DNA of 64,000 nucleotides from Eledone cirrhosa. Its lineage: Eukaryota. The stretch spans positions 11,656,001-11,720,000 of the forward strand of contig OZ024753.1 of NCBI GenBank assembly GCA_964016885.1, given 5' to 3'. The notes under the pieces were generated by a model. That model saw only the letters and a list, made by a program, of their open reading frames with translations, searched no databases and was not told where the DNA came from. Positions 27,610 through 41,239 of the stretch are shown piece by piece (position 1 is the stretch's first letter; each line of letters begins with the position of its first letter). The translations under genes were made by a program, and so were the position numbers.

Positions 27610-28573
27610 TATGTAAATATATATATAGATACTGATATATATATATATATATATATATAGATACTTATATATATATATATATATACTTATATATATATAT
27701 ATATATATATATACACTTATATATCTCTATATATATATATATATACTTATATATCTCAATATATATATACTTATATATCTCTATATATATATACTTATAT
27801 ATCTCTATATATATATATACTTATATATCTATATATATATATACTTATATATCTATATATATATACTTATATATCTATATATATATACTTATATATCTAT
27901 ATATATATACTTATATATCTATATATATATGTATACACTTATATATATATATATGTATACACTTATATATCTATATATACACTTATATATCTATATATAC
28001 ACTTATATATCTATATATACACTTATATATCTATATATACACTTATATATCTATATATACACTTATATATATATATATACGTCCCATTCAAAAATCTAAA
28101 TCGCAACTCATAACAACAATACGGCACAATTATTTCACCTCAATCGGCCCTGCTCTCTTCAACATCACACCAGGACACGTCAAAACAGAAACTGACCACA
28201 CAAAATTCAAGAAGTCTTTGGACAAATTCCTCCAAGTAATCCCGGACAAACCACCCACACCCGGATATGTCTCCGCAAACAGTAATTCTCTTCTCGAATG
28301 GGCCATGGTGCCCAAATCCTGAATTGAAAGACTTCGCCAGGTGGTGCTATTAAGTTAGACATGGCCTGGGCCAATACTGGCCAAAACATTTCAAAGTTAT
28401 TCAAAGTTATATACACTTATATATCTATATATACACTTATATATATATATATATATCTATATATACACTTATATATACACTTATATATCTATATATACAC
28501 TTATATATACACTTATATATCTATATATACACTTATATATCTATATATACACTTATATATACTTATATATACT

Positions 28574-28605
<32 letters not shown>

Positions 28606-28820
28606 TACATATATATAATTATACTTATATATATATATATATATATATAATTATATATCTATATATATATATCTATATATATATATCTATATATATATCT
28701 ATATATATATCTATATATATATATATATCTATATATATATCTATATATATATCTATATATATCTCTATATATATCTCTATATATATCTATATCTATATCT
28801 ATATATATACTTAAATATAT
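27610..28820. repeat. TA-derived array (TATATACACTTATATATC-type units) hosting a truncated LINE
   Basis: Seen directly. Confidence 0.93.
28080..28409 (+). mobile_element. 5'-truncated copy of the CR1-group LINE (equals 11273-11602)
   Basis: No differences seen versus the full-length copy; same (TTCAAAGTTA)x2 end; inside a TA-type array. Confidence 0.96.
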
Positions 28821-28854
28821 AAGTCTTACGACATAAATTGTACTTAATAACATA

Positions 28855-29729
28855 TCTATATATATAAAACTGTGGTTGTCTGTCTGTCTATCGATTTTTG
28901 GCACACATCTCCTCTTAGAATCTCTCACGGAATTGCACCGAAATTGCTATACTTGTACATTGAGCCCTAGGGAAGACATCGGAAAAAAAAATTTCAAATT
29001 GACCCACCCTATGTGACGAAATCGAATATAATGTATCGATTTTGAGCGTAAGTTATCAGTTATTTCCCTTTGTTCTGTTTACATTGAGCGTCTTACGTAA
29101 AAAATTACGCTGGCTTTCTCAGCGTTTAAAATGACATTAACACAATTTTTGCTTCATTTCTTCAATGTTTGCTTCATTTCCATTTAAAAGCATTTTAAAA
29201 CAATATTTTTACTTGAAAACAAGTCTATTTAAAGACTACGTAAAACAAGCAAATATTTCGTCGTTAGGCGTGCAGACAGACAGTCGTGCAGAGAGGTGAT
29301 ATAGGCGTGCAGACAGACAGTCGTGCAGAGAGGTGATATAGGCGTGCAGACAGACAGTCGTGCAGAGAGGTGATATAGGCGTGCAGACAGACAGTCGTGC
29401 AGAGAGGTGATATAGGCGTGCAGACAGACAGTCGTGCAGAGAGGTGATATAGGCGTGCAGACAGACATAACTGATAATTTGGTTACGCTAATGTTTTTCT
29501 CTGCGTTGCAGTGTTTACATTTTCGATCTTTGTTAATAAATAACCAGTGCAGTTTCTATCCCCAGCATCCTCTTTTGTTATAACATTCGGGATTATCGTT
29601 ATGTTTTCTTAACTTCATAAGGCATATTGTTGGTTGACACTATAGTTTTTAAGCCAAGAAAGAAACTTAACATTGTAACTTTAACACAGCTACTGAGCGA
29701 CCCCGAGCAACGCCGGGCTTTACTGCTAG
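28855..29729 (+). mobile_element. Non-autonomous Helitron
   Basis: 5' TC, 3' hairpin CCCG-AGCAACGC-CGGG then CTAG, inserted between A and T with no TSD. An uninterrupted paralogous site is at 27534-27600. Confidence 0.88.
29266..29467. repeat. 37-bp minisatellite (~5.5 copies) inside the Helitron
   Basis: AGGCGTGCAGACAGACAGTCGTGCAGAGAGGTGATAT at 29266, 29303, 29340, 29377, 29414 and 29451. Confidence 0.95.
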
Positions 29730-29839
29730 TTAGTATATAAAATTGATTAAGAAACGCAGTGTGTGTATGTATGTATATATATATATATATATATATACAC
29801 GATATTAACAAATGGAAACTATATTTCTAAAACCTTATT

Positions 29840-29905
29840 TATTTCATTATACATATTTCAAGGACACCAAGTTAAATTATGGTGTGCTGTCATCAGATTA
29901 AAATA
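29840..29905 (-). ncRNA. Type-I hammerhead ribozyme, family C
   Basis: CTGATGA-[CACACCA/TGGTGTC stem]-GAAA-TATGTA-TA-ATGAAATA; stems imperfect. Confidence 0.65.
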
Positions 29906-30104
29906 TAATATAGATCAGTTTTATAAATAAATATTGACATACCCTTAAAAAATGGAACCATTACTGTTGGAAGCTCCCAGATAGTCTGTCAGACAGACAC
30001 CCGGATGTGGCGCATGCGCAAACTGAGCACACAACACACACACAGAAACACAATGGCGTAGGATAGAAGAAAGGAAAGGCACAGAAACAAAGAAAGGAAT
30101 CCCC

Positions 30105-30149
30105 AGTCACTGAAGAGGTCACAGAGTGTGTGACGAAAGGACTATGACT
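30105..30149 (+). ncRNA. Minimal type-I hammerhead ribozyme (distinct family)
   Basis: AGTCA-CTGAAGA-G-GTCACA-gagtg-TGTGAC-GAAA-GGAC-TA-TGACT. Confidence 0.75.
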
Positions 30150-30459
30150 ATATATAAACAACTATCTGGTTGTGGAACCAACCAACCAACCAGACATTTA
30201 TAAGTTTGTAAATTTGTAAATTTGTAAATTTATAAATATATAATAAATTGAAGTGAAAGCAACTGGTGCGTGTGTTTCTTATTGGCAACATGACCCTCCC
30301 AAAGTATAACAATATCGGTTTCAACACACGATTTCAGATAAAGAATCTTGCTAAACAAATTCAGAAACGAAATATATACATATACATATATATATATATA
30401 TGTCTTACGACAAAAAATGTACTCAATAATATAATATATAAAACTGATTAAGGAACGCA

Positions 30460-30490
<31 letters not shown>

Positions 30491-31403
30491 CATACACATA
30501 CCTATATACATACATACATACATACATGCTTATATACATACATACATATATATAAGTCTTACGACAAAAATTAGACTTAATAATATATTAGTATACAGAA
30601 TTGATTAAGGAACGCTAAAAATTGCAACATCAATGTAAAATGGCGACACAGAGGCTGCGTACAAATATTGAGGCAAGACATCAGGCAGGTAATTCGTACA
30701 GTGATGTTTGAATTCTGGTAAATAGTTGTGTCTACCAAGTAGTATATATATATATGGGGTCATACTTTTTCCTAGAGTGGGAGATATGAAAAAGTATGAC
30801 CCCGACGGCAGAGCTCAAGCCGTTTCGACGGCTATTTCTATATATATAAACAGAGAGAGTGAGAATGAGAGAGAGTGAGAGAATGAGAATGAGTGAGAGA
30901 GAGAGAGTGAGAAAGTGAATGAGAGAGTGAGTGACAGAGTGAGCGAGAAAGTGAATGAGCGAGAGAGTGAGTGAGTGAGTGAGAGAGAGTGAGAGAGTGA
31001 GCGAGAGAGTGAGTGAGAGAGAGTGAGAGAATGAGTGAGAGAGTGGGAGAGTGGGAGTGAGAGAGTGGGAGTGAGAGAGTGGGAGTGGGGGTGAGAGAGT
31101 GGGAGTGAGAGAGTGGGAGTGAGAGTGAGAGAGAGTGGGAGTGAGAGAGAGTGGGTAAGAGATTAATATATAGATAGATAGATAGATAGATAGAGAGACA
31201 GTCTGTCTCTCTATCTATCTATCTTTCTATCACTCTATATGTCTATATATTTATCTCTCTCTCTCTATATATATATATGTCTATATATTTCTCTCTCTCT
31301 CTCTCTCTCTTTCATATAGATAGATAGAAGTATAATTAAATTTAGCAGAAGAATCGTCGACCTCGAGGTTGTCTTTTTCTGTATATTTGTGAGCAAATGC
31401 GTG

Positions 31404-31448
<45 letters not shown>

Positions 31449-31741
31449 ATATAAAAATATATAAAAATATATAAAAATATATAAAAATATATATGGATAT
31501 ATAAAAATATATGAAAAGAGAAATACATTTTTTGACGTACGAATATTAGGAAACCGCACGAAGCTATTTGATTTTGTGATTCACTTGATTTAATAAAAGA
31601 AACTTTTTTTGTTACCAAATTGTGACTCCTTAATTGACAAGATACGAACAATACTGACAAAATGCAAACAAAAAAAAAAAATCCCGAAATACTCTCTGGC
31701 GCGATAAGCAGAAAATCGATTAAAAGAGATTAACTCAGTAC

Positions 31742-31811
31742 CTCCGTAGATATTTAGGACGGTAAAGACTTTTGGATAAATCTTCGATTCTTGGTTGTCA
31801 TTGGCAAAGTT
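31742..31811 (-). CDS. Candidate host exon (NFANDNQESKIYPKVFTVLNIYG)
   Basis: ttttatag acceptor and GAG|GTACTG donor. The phase-1 end joins 17206 in frame (G|TC = Val). Confidence 0.45.
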
Positions 31812-32186
31812 CTATAAAATACATCAATCTAATTATTGGATTTGACAAATAGGGGGGAAACACAAATCATCATGTCTGAATTTAGGGTTTTACACAAAGT
31901 ATAGGATTCGAAGAATTTAAGATATTTCCTTATAGTAGAAGGTTGCCAGATTGTGATATAAGTAGTAGATAAGAATTGTATTTTCAAAAGATAAACCAAT
32001 ATGAGAAAGAAAGACAAAAGCAAAATCAAGCAATGAGAAAATGGGTAAAGGGAAAATGAAGGGCAGATTTGACTGTATGGGAAAGTAGAGGAGAGGACCT
32101 TGCAAGACAGAAATGAGAGGAAAAGGATGAAAAAAGTAAGTGACCCGAGGCCACTAAAAAAGGGAGCTCGGTGATCGGCTCTGGGC

Positions 32187-32405
32187 CTAGTGCGCGGCGG
32201 TGTTGGGTCTGCGATCCGCGCACAAGACCGCAGAAACATTTCCACGGACAATGGCCAGCGACACACGCCGCAACAGCCACCCCACTTTGGGGGACTCCTT
32301 CCTCAGACGCGCTGCTGACGTTCCGATCTTACAGATAAGCTTAACAGTTCGGGGTCCGGTCTTGATGGCGACCGGTAAGTGGAGGAAGCGGCCGGACGGC
32401 CAGAC
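32187..32405 (-). pseudogene. 3' fragment of a CRE-clade non-LTR retrotransposon (C-terminus of the restriction-like endonuclease)
   Basis: Translates as ...LPVAIKTGPRTVKLICKIG...WLLRRVSLAIVRGNVSAVL, matching the CRE-type PxAxET.G..G...LxQRLSxAIQRGNA motif. GC-rich island. Confidence 0.75.
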
Positions 32406-32587
32406 TATGTTTATTCAATATTTGATTTCTTGTTGCTTAATGATTTCGATTATAAAATAGAATGATACGAGTCCTGGTGAAATCCAGGCTAAGTTATCAA
32501 CTCAGAAAATTAAAACCCACATACAGGCATCACGTACATACTTATACATGAACAGATGTTCATTGTGGCCTAATTTCTAATACAATA

Positions 32588-32988
32588 TACTACTTTTAAA
32601 ACTGTGATACTACATTTAAAACGGTGATACTACTTTTAAAACTGTGATACTACATTTAAAACGGTGATACTACTTTTAAAACGGTGATACTACTTTTAAA
32701 ATTGTGATACTACTTTTAAAACTGTGATACTACTTTTAAAACTGTGATACTACTTTTAAAACGGTGATACTACTTTTAAAACTGTGATACTACATTTAAA
32801 ACTGTGATACTACTTTTAAAACGGTGATACTACTTTTAAAACTGTGATACTACATTTAAAACTGTGATACTACATTTAAAACTGTGATACTACTTTTAAA
32901 ACTGTGATACTACATTTAAAACTGTGATACTACATTTAAAACTGTGATACTACTTTTAAAATTGTGATACTACTTTTAAAACTGTGAT
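32588..32988. repeat. 20-bp minisatellite (TACTACTTTTAAAACTGTGA), ~20 copies
   Basis: Seen directly. Confidence 0.96.
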
Positions 32989-34409
32989 ATTTCTCGTTGT
33001 TTCACCTCATAAACGATACCACGATCTTAACACGACAGCCTGTACTTTGCAAAACCACCGGTTGAAATAAAACCTAAATCTTATTTAAAAGAACATACTA
33101 TAGTCATTTAAAAAAACTTTCTGGGTGATACGATTCTATATTCAGTGTGTCTAGAAAAATACGAGATGGTGAATCCTATATCGAATTTTATTATAGATCT
33201 GTTCGATTTTGGAAGAATTGGGGCAACAACAATTATATGAAAAGGAATGAAGATTATCACAGTAACAAAAATAAGAATAATTTTAGTTAATATATCGCAA
33301 TAGAAAGTATGATACAGCCATTTAAGAAATTATACTTTATTAAAGTAAATTATGTATGTTTGTATATACGAATTATAAGAAAATTATAGAAAAGTAAAAT
33401 TTATATTTTAAATATTTATATGAAAAATTTAATTATGTTTACACACAATTACAAAAAAGTCGAACGCTGCCAATTGGAAAAATATATATATATTCTAGCG
33501 TATATCATTTCTACTTGACAACGACTGGAATGGTAAATATAATCATCATCTATCAGATGTATACATGTTATAATTAGCTGCTTTTTTATTTTCTTGTAAA
33601 GAAATATAATATTGTTGACAAACAGAAATTCACTTTCTTGATTGATTATGTAGTCTGGTGAAAAGTATTTACACCAACCAATGATCATCCCTTCATTTTA
33701 ATGATATTCTGAAATGCATTAACCAAATATTTTATGAATATAGTGTTAGATGTATGATTTGATGGGTATTTGGCAGCGATTTCATGCAATTCAAGCAGCC
33801 GGGTAGAGTTTTCCTTGTAAATGAGACCTTGGAAGAAATTTAAATATGAAAGACGTGATTAGACACTGTAACCAATTTAGATGAACTTTTAACTTTTGCA
33901 TTCATCTAAAGACTTCTTTTACTAGAAGAGTTCATTAGAGAGGAAATCGGTATATTTACATTTAAAATTGAAGTAATTCTTTCCTTATGTAAATATTTGA
34001 TAATTAGCGATGGCTGTAGAGGTGAAGCCAAACTATGTGAGTTGAAACCTAATTCTCAAAAATGTTTATAAATATAATGTATTTTGCTCCATTTAAATTC
34101 TATAAGGGCTAAACCACGTCTTTCTATAGTATGTACGATTTATTATCGAAATTATATTTTGTCCATTGGCGATTAGAATTCAAAGTGACAAACAGCTAAC
34201 TCTCATCTATAGAAATTTTGGCTAAATATCAAAGAAACTAAATTACTCTAAAGTTGGAGGACAGCCATCCTGCAACAGTAGTAACAGTGAAGAGCAATAT
34301 GTATCTTAATTAAAAGTCATTCTTGTAGAATTTTACCCCTTTTAATCTTTAGGCAAGTCTCACAAATCAAAATTAGCTTCAGCGTTTGCATTACACATGT
34401 TATTGCTAC

Positions 34410-34547
34410 CTTTCTATATGTGTGAACATATGGCCAAAGGAGTACTGTAGCCTGATATAGGCATGCAGAAGAGCAGGCAATGTGTCATATTTACGAGTGC
34501 GTGGTGTCTGATGAAAGACGTGTGTGTGCAACGAAATACTAACGCGC
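34410..34547 (-). CDS. Candidate host exon (RVSISLHTHVFHQTPRTRKYDTLPALLHAYIRLQYSFGHMFTHIE)
   Basis: ttttcatag acceptor, AG|GT donor, 138 nt, only one frame open. Confidence 0.4.
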
Positions 34548-34574
34548 CTATGAAAATATAGCAGGTTCTACATG

Positions 34575-35850
<1,276 letters not shown>

Positions 35851-36332
35851 TTTTCATTCTATTCCGTATGATGTATTAGTATGACATGTTGACATTCTTT
35901 GCTTCATCTGACATGACCCCCATTTTGTAAATTCCAAGAAATTTATTGATTCTGCGCACGCTCATGATCACACACTTATAGGAACATAATAAAAATGTCA
36001 CTTCATATTAAATTTGCTACGAAGTACACTTAATATTATTTCTACAATTATGGGTTTAAGCAGAAATATAAAGGTCAAGCGTTCAATAATCCCCGCCATT
36101 CACTACTACAGATCAATCGCTGTTAAATCACATATAATGCACAATTAAAAATAAAAAAAGGGTTTCCCAAATATAAAGTGTGAATTTGCCTCCTGGTTCT
36201 GATGCTGTTCTTGGTTTATATCAAATAAAATCATATAATAGATAAAATGGTATAAGGCAGTTATGTCTTTATATATATATTTATATATTACTTCAAAATA
36301 TTAATAAATATAGACATTCATGTGATCAAATA

Positions 36333-36398
36333 TATTTTATTATACATATTTCAGAGATACTGAGCTATTTCAACAGTACGTCCTCATCAGATAAAATA
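36333..36398 (-). ncRNA. Type-I hammerhead ribozyme inside fold-back 36288-36499
   Basis: TATTTTAT-CTGATGA-[GTACTG/CAGTAT stem]-GAAA-TATGTA-TA-ATAAAATA; flanking ~43-bp inverted arms. Confidence 0.78.
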
Positions 36399-36594
36399 AG
36401 TTGATGCTTGACATTCCTTGACTATGTTGATGGTTATAATTTAGTCATGGCAGTCTTTGATCACATGAATGTCTATATTTATTAATATTTTGAAGTAATA
36501 TTAATAACTCCAGAAAACCTACTGTAGAGTGCTTATAATCTATTGTGAAACGTTATTCATTGATGAATTCATTGAACCTTGTTAAACTTTTAAT

Positions 36595-36631
<37 letters not shown>

Positions 36632-36829
36632 ATAATAATAAATAATAATAAATCCAAAGAGGGCAGGATAAGGATAAATATATATCAAATATATAAGAAC
36701 CGTAGAGCAAATATTTATTAAAATAAGATTAAAGTTTCAGCAAAGAATCGCTGCTTTCACCCTTAAGAGGAAGATCCTGTTAAGGGTGAAAGCAGCGATT
36801 CTTTGCTTAGAATTTAACCTGTTATTTTA

Positions 36830-36864
<35 letters not shown>

Positions 36865-37969
36865 ACGAAGGAAGTGTGGTAAGGAACCAGATGGGCCCTA
36901 ACGTACCAGAGTACTCAATACTTGGGGCAGTAGAGTGGGTAATAGGAAATTGTTCAACACCCCGACGGCAGAGCTCACGCTGTTTCGACGGCTTATTCTG
37001 GACTTAGTCCAGAATTAGCCGTCGTTTTCTTCTTGCTTTCTTCTTCCCTTTCACTTCTTTCTACCACCGAACTTCCTCGTTTCTTTGTTTTTTTCCCCCT
37101 TTCGCCTACCCCGAGGCAGCCCATCGGGCCTCTTTAGCCTCAGTACCCCCACCCCAGTAACTTACAGATAGCATTCGCCGATTACGCCATACTAACTATT
37201 CCTAGCAGCTGAGTTAGACCCCAGGTATGTGGTTTTAATTTTTAATTTTTATTTCTAAATGTTTCAATTAATCTCATCTAGCAACTCATTCTGTGGCTTA
37301 GGCCGAAATATAGCAGCTGTGTTAGACTGCTTATTTCTCTTCTCACTTTCCAATCTTACTTTCTGTTACATCTTTCTCTTCTCACTTTCATCTTATTTCT
37401 CTTCTCACTTGCATCTTACTTTCTGTTGCATCTTTATCTCATTTTTTTATTTTATTCTTTTCTTTTTTTATTATATTTCTTCTTTGTCCCATAATCGCTT
37501 TTGATTTACTATTTCTATAACGTCCCTCCTCCATTCTCTAAAGATACCTTTTTCGCTATTCCCTCTGGCCTACTTTCATACACATTCCATAGAATTTTCC
37601 GGGTAGATTTCACCTTCTCCGCTTGACCGGCTCTACCCACTTCCCTATCGTTCTACAGGCAAGTTCAGCCATCCCCACTCCGCACCCACTGCCGTGATAG
37701 ACTTTTCTGTGCCCGCTTCAATTTTTGACCAACCCCCTTGACAACTAAAATCTTTCCATATAAGGAAGTAGCCTTGATAAGTTCGACTATTTATTTACCA
37801 GACTAAAAAAAACTCTTACTTTAGTCCAGAACTAGCCGTCGAAACGGCTTGAGCTCTGTCGTCTGAGTAATACTCTCTCCTATTACCCACTCTACTACCC
37901 TAAGTATTGAGTACTCTGGTGCGTTATGGTCCATCTGGTTCCTTACCACAACTCCTCCATTATATATAT

Positions 37970-38154
37970 AGGGCGGTGGATTGGCAGTATCGGTGGAGTG
38001 TCGAACGCCATACTTTCTAGCATAGTTACGTCCCTTTAGATCTGAGTTCAAATCCCGCCGAGGTTGACTTTGCCTTTCATCCTTACGGGGGTCGATAAAA
38101 TAAAGTACCAGTAATGCACTGGTTAATTGCTGGCCTTGTGCCTAAAGTAGAAAC

Positions 38155-38160
<6 letters not shown>
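37970..38160 (+). mobile_element. tRNA-derived SINE copy, full length
   Basis: A and B boxes and the consensus body. Confidence 0.9.
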
Positions 38161-38203
<43 letters not shown>

Positions 38204-38548
38204 CATACTATATATGCATATTATATATATATATATATAAGATATAATTTCATACTATACATATATATTATATATATTAAATATATATAGAGAGACATAA
38301 ATTATGGTTGATAAAAGAAGGGATAATAAGGGACATCAAAAAGACAAGGACTGAAACAAGATTAGGAAGTGGCAAGAGCAGAGTTTTATATGTAAAAGTG
38401 ATAAAACAACCACACAGTTATAGAGTAAGAGAGGAAAATAGTAAAATATAGAAAAGGAAAACATTTGATGTCCTCACTATCGTAATTCTTCTTCCCATTT
38501 GAATTAAAGGAAAAAATATTCCCGACACACTTGGCATACCATATACAT

Positions 38549-38583
<35 letters not shown>

Positions 38584-38751
38584 TATATATATACATACAC
38601 GCACACACGCATATACACATACATGCATATATACATACGTGCACACACACACGCATATATATACACACACAGTTATTACCATACGCATACATCCATGCAC
38701 ATATATGTTTGTATATATACATATACACACATACTTACACACATACATCGA

Positions 38752-38798
<47 letters not shown>

Positions 38799-39206
38799 CA
38801 AATAGAGTTCATGAAAAACAGCAACAACACTGCTCAGTAAAATATTTAAAGCAACAACAGTCAGGATTGTAACGTATTTTCAGAATGTATTAAGAATATA
38901 TCTGAACATTTTTGAGATTGAATTTTAGAAATTTGCATTCAGTGCTTCATGTCAGACGTTATTTCTTAGTAATCTTTGAAAAGTATTCCAGGTGGATTCT
39001 TTGATTCGTAACTGGCGTATATGCAAAACAGCAGCAACGTACGCAAAAGAAAAGACAGAATAAAGGAAAACAGCAGCAACGAACGCAAAAGAAAAGACAA
39101 AATTAAGGAAACCTGCCCCATAAATGAATCTTAATGTAATATAGGTACTGATCATTTGCATATTTTCATGTATGTGTGTGTGTGTGTGTGTGTATCACAC
39201 ACACAC

Positions 39207-39248
<42 letters not shown>

Positions 39249-39619
39249 ATAAATTGTTTCTACTTTTGGCAAAAGGCCAGCAATTACCCAGTAATATATA
39301 GTAATAATAATAAATGTGAAGACTAAAATCCAAAGAGGGCTCGATAAGGATAAATATATATCAAATATATAAGAACCCTAGAGCAAATATTTATTAAAAT
39401 AACAGATTAACGGGATCTTCAGAAGATCTCGTTAAGGGTGAAAGCAACGATTCTTTGCTTAAACTTTAATCTGTTATTTTAATAAATATATATATATATA
39501 TATCCAGGGTGAGTAACGCGCGGTTACTGTAGGTTCACCCAGGTGAGCACTCGATGTTTAGGTTCACGTCAATAGCGAGGTGTAGAGCTAGACAGAGTGT
39601 AATGTAATTATTCAAGGAC

Positions 39620-39891
39620 GAATGGTGACGCCTTCATTACGTTTACTGGTTAGTGACGCGCGTTTCGCTACTGATCAGCTTAATGTTCGATCTGGCCCGA
39701 CTCTGGAATCAAAAGCTGATCGGCCATCTGTAATAATAATGAATGAAAATTTTCTTTCACCACTTCTACTACAGAAGTACGACGAGCTATTGATTCCAGA
39801 GTTGGGCCTGATCGATACAGATCGAACCTTGTGCTGATTAGTAAGAAACGCGCATCACCAACCAATAAATGTCATGAAGGCGTAACCATTC
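39620..39891. mobile_element. Fold-back element with a degenerate large hammerhead (GAAA-CGCGCG-TC); related copy at 45055-45150
   Basis: Inverted arms of ~100 bp. A GCTATTGATT/GATCAGTAGC stem II can be reconstructed from the two arms. Confidence 0.65.
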
Positions 39892-39899
39892 ATTATTGT

Positions 39900-40150
39900 G
39901 TCTGAGTTCAAATCCCGTCGAGGTTAACTTTGCCTTTCATCCTACGGGGTCGATTAAATAAAGTACCAGTAATACACTGGATAATTGGTGGCCTTGTGCC
40001 AAAAGTAGAAACAATTATTATCCCTTGTGGTCGGAGTTCAAATCCCGTCGAGGTTAACTTTGCCTTTCATCCTTACGGGTTCGATAAAATAAAGTACCAG
40101 TAATACACTGGGTAATTGCTGGCCTTGTGCCAAAAGTAGAAACAATTATT
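39900..40150 (+). mobile_element. Two tandem 5'-truncated SINE copies
   Basis: Both start near the B-box GAGTTCAAATCCC. Confidence 0.88.
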
Positions 40151-40379
40151 ATATATATATATATAATGTATGTATATGTGTACGAGTCCCGGCTTCAATC
40201 GGAGGTAACCCAGTAATAAGGATTGAATACATTAGTAGAGTTTATAAATCATGTTTAATATGGAAATAAATTTTACAGGACTAGAACTGTTTCATTCGAA
40301 AGAAATCATCAGAATTTGATTTGAATGAATCAGTTTTAGTCCTGTAGAAGCTAATTCTATTCTAAGCATTATATATATA

Positions 40380-41095
40380 CAGAGAGAGAGACAGAGAGAG
40401 GAGAGAGAGAGAGAGGAGAGAGGGAGAGAGAGAGAGAAGGAGAGAGAAAGAGAGAGAAGGAGAGAGAAGGAGAGAGAAAGAGAGAGAAGGAGAGAGAAAG
40501 AGAGAGAAGGAGAGAGAAAGAGAGAGAAGGAGAGAGAAGGAGAGAGAAAGAGAGAGAACGAGAGAGAAAGAGAGAGGAGAGAGAGAAAGAGAGAGAAAGA
40601 GAGAGAAGGAGAGAGAAAGAGAGAGAGAAGGAGAGAGAAAGAGAGAGAGAAGGAGAGAGAGAAGGAGAGAGAAAGAGAGAGAAGGAGAGAGAAAGAGAGA
40701 GAAAGAGAGAGAGAAGGAGAGAGAAGGAGAGAGAAAGAGAGAGAAGGAGAGAGAAAGAGAGAGAGAAGGAGAGAGAAGGAGAGAGAAAGAGAGAGAAGGA
40801 GAGAGAAATAGAGAGAAGGAGAGAGAAGGAGTGAGAAGGAGAGAGAAAGAGAGAGAAAGAGAGAGAAGGAGAGAGAAAGAGAGAGAAGGAGAGAGAAAGA
40901 TAGAGAAGGAGAGAGAAAGAGAGAGAAGGAGAGAGAAAGAGAGAGAAGAGAGAGAAAGAGAGAGAAGGAGAGAGAAAGAGGAGAGAGAAAGAGGAGAGAG
41001 AAAGAGAGGGAGAGAAGGAGAGAGAAAGAGGAGAGAGAAAGAGAGGGAGAGAGGGAGAGAGGGAGAGAAAAAGAGAGGGAGAGAAAGAGAGAGAA
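40380..41095. repeat. Polypurine (GAGAGAGAAA/GAGAGAGAAG) array
   Basis: Seen directly. Confidence 0.95.
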
Positions 41096-41239
41096 CACTG
41101 GCCGAAACCTATCAAAGTTATACACACACACACACAGCTGACCATGTCTTGCTGCTACAGAACTGATTTGGGGTTGGTTTCAACTGTTGGATACCCTTCC
41201 TAATACCAGTCTCATTTACTGTATCTACTGGCTTTTATT

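Noticed and set aside
34508-34545. CTGATGA...GAAA hammerhead-like spacing
   Set aside because: Stems I and II do not pair, and the motif overlaps a candidate exon on the other strand.
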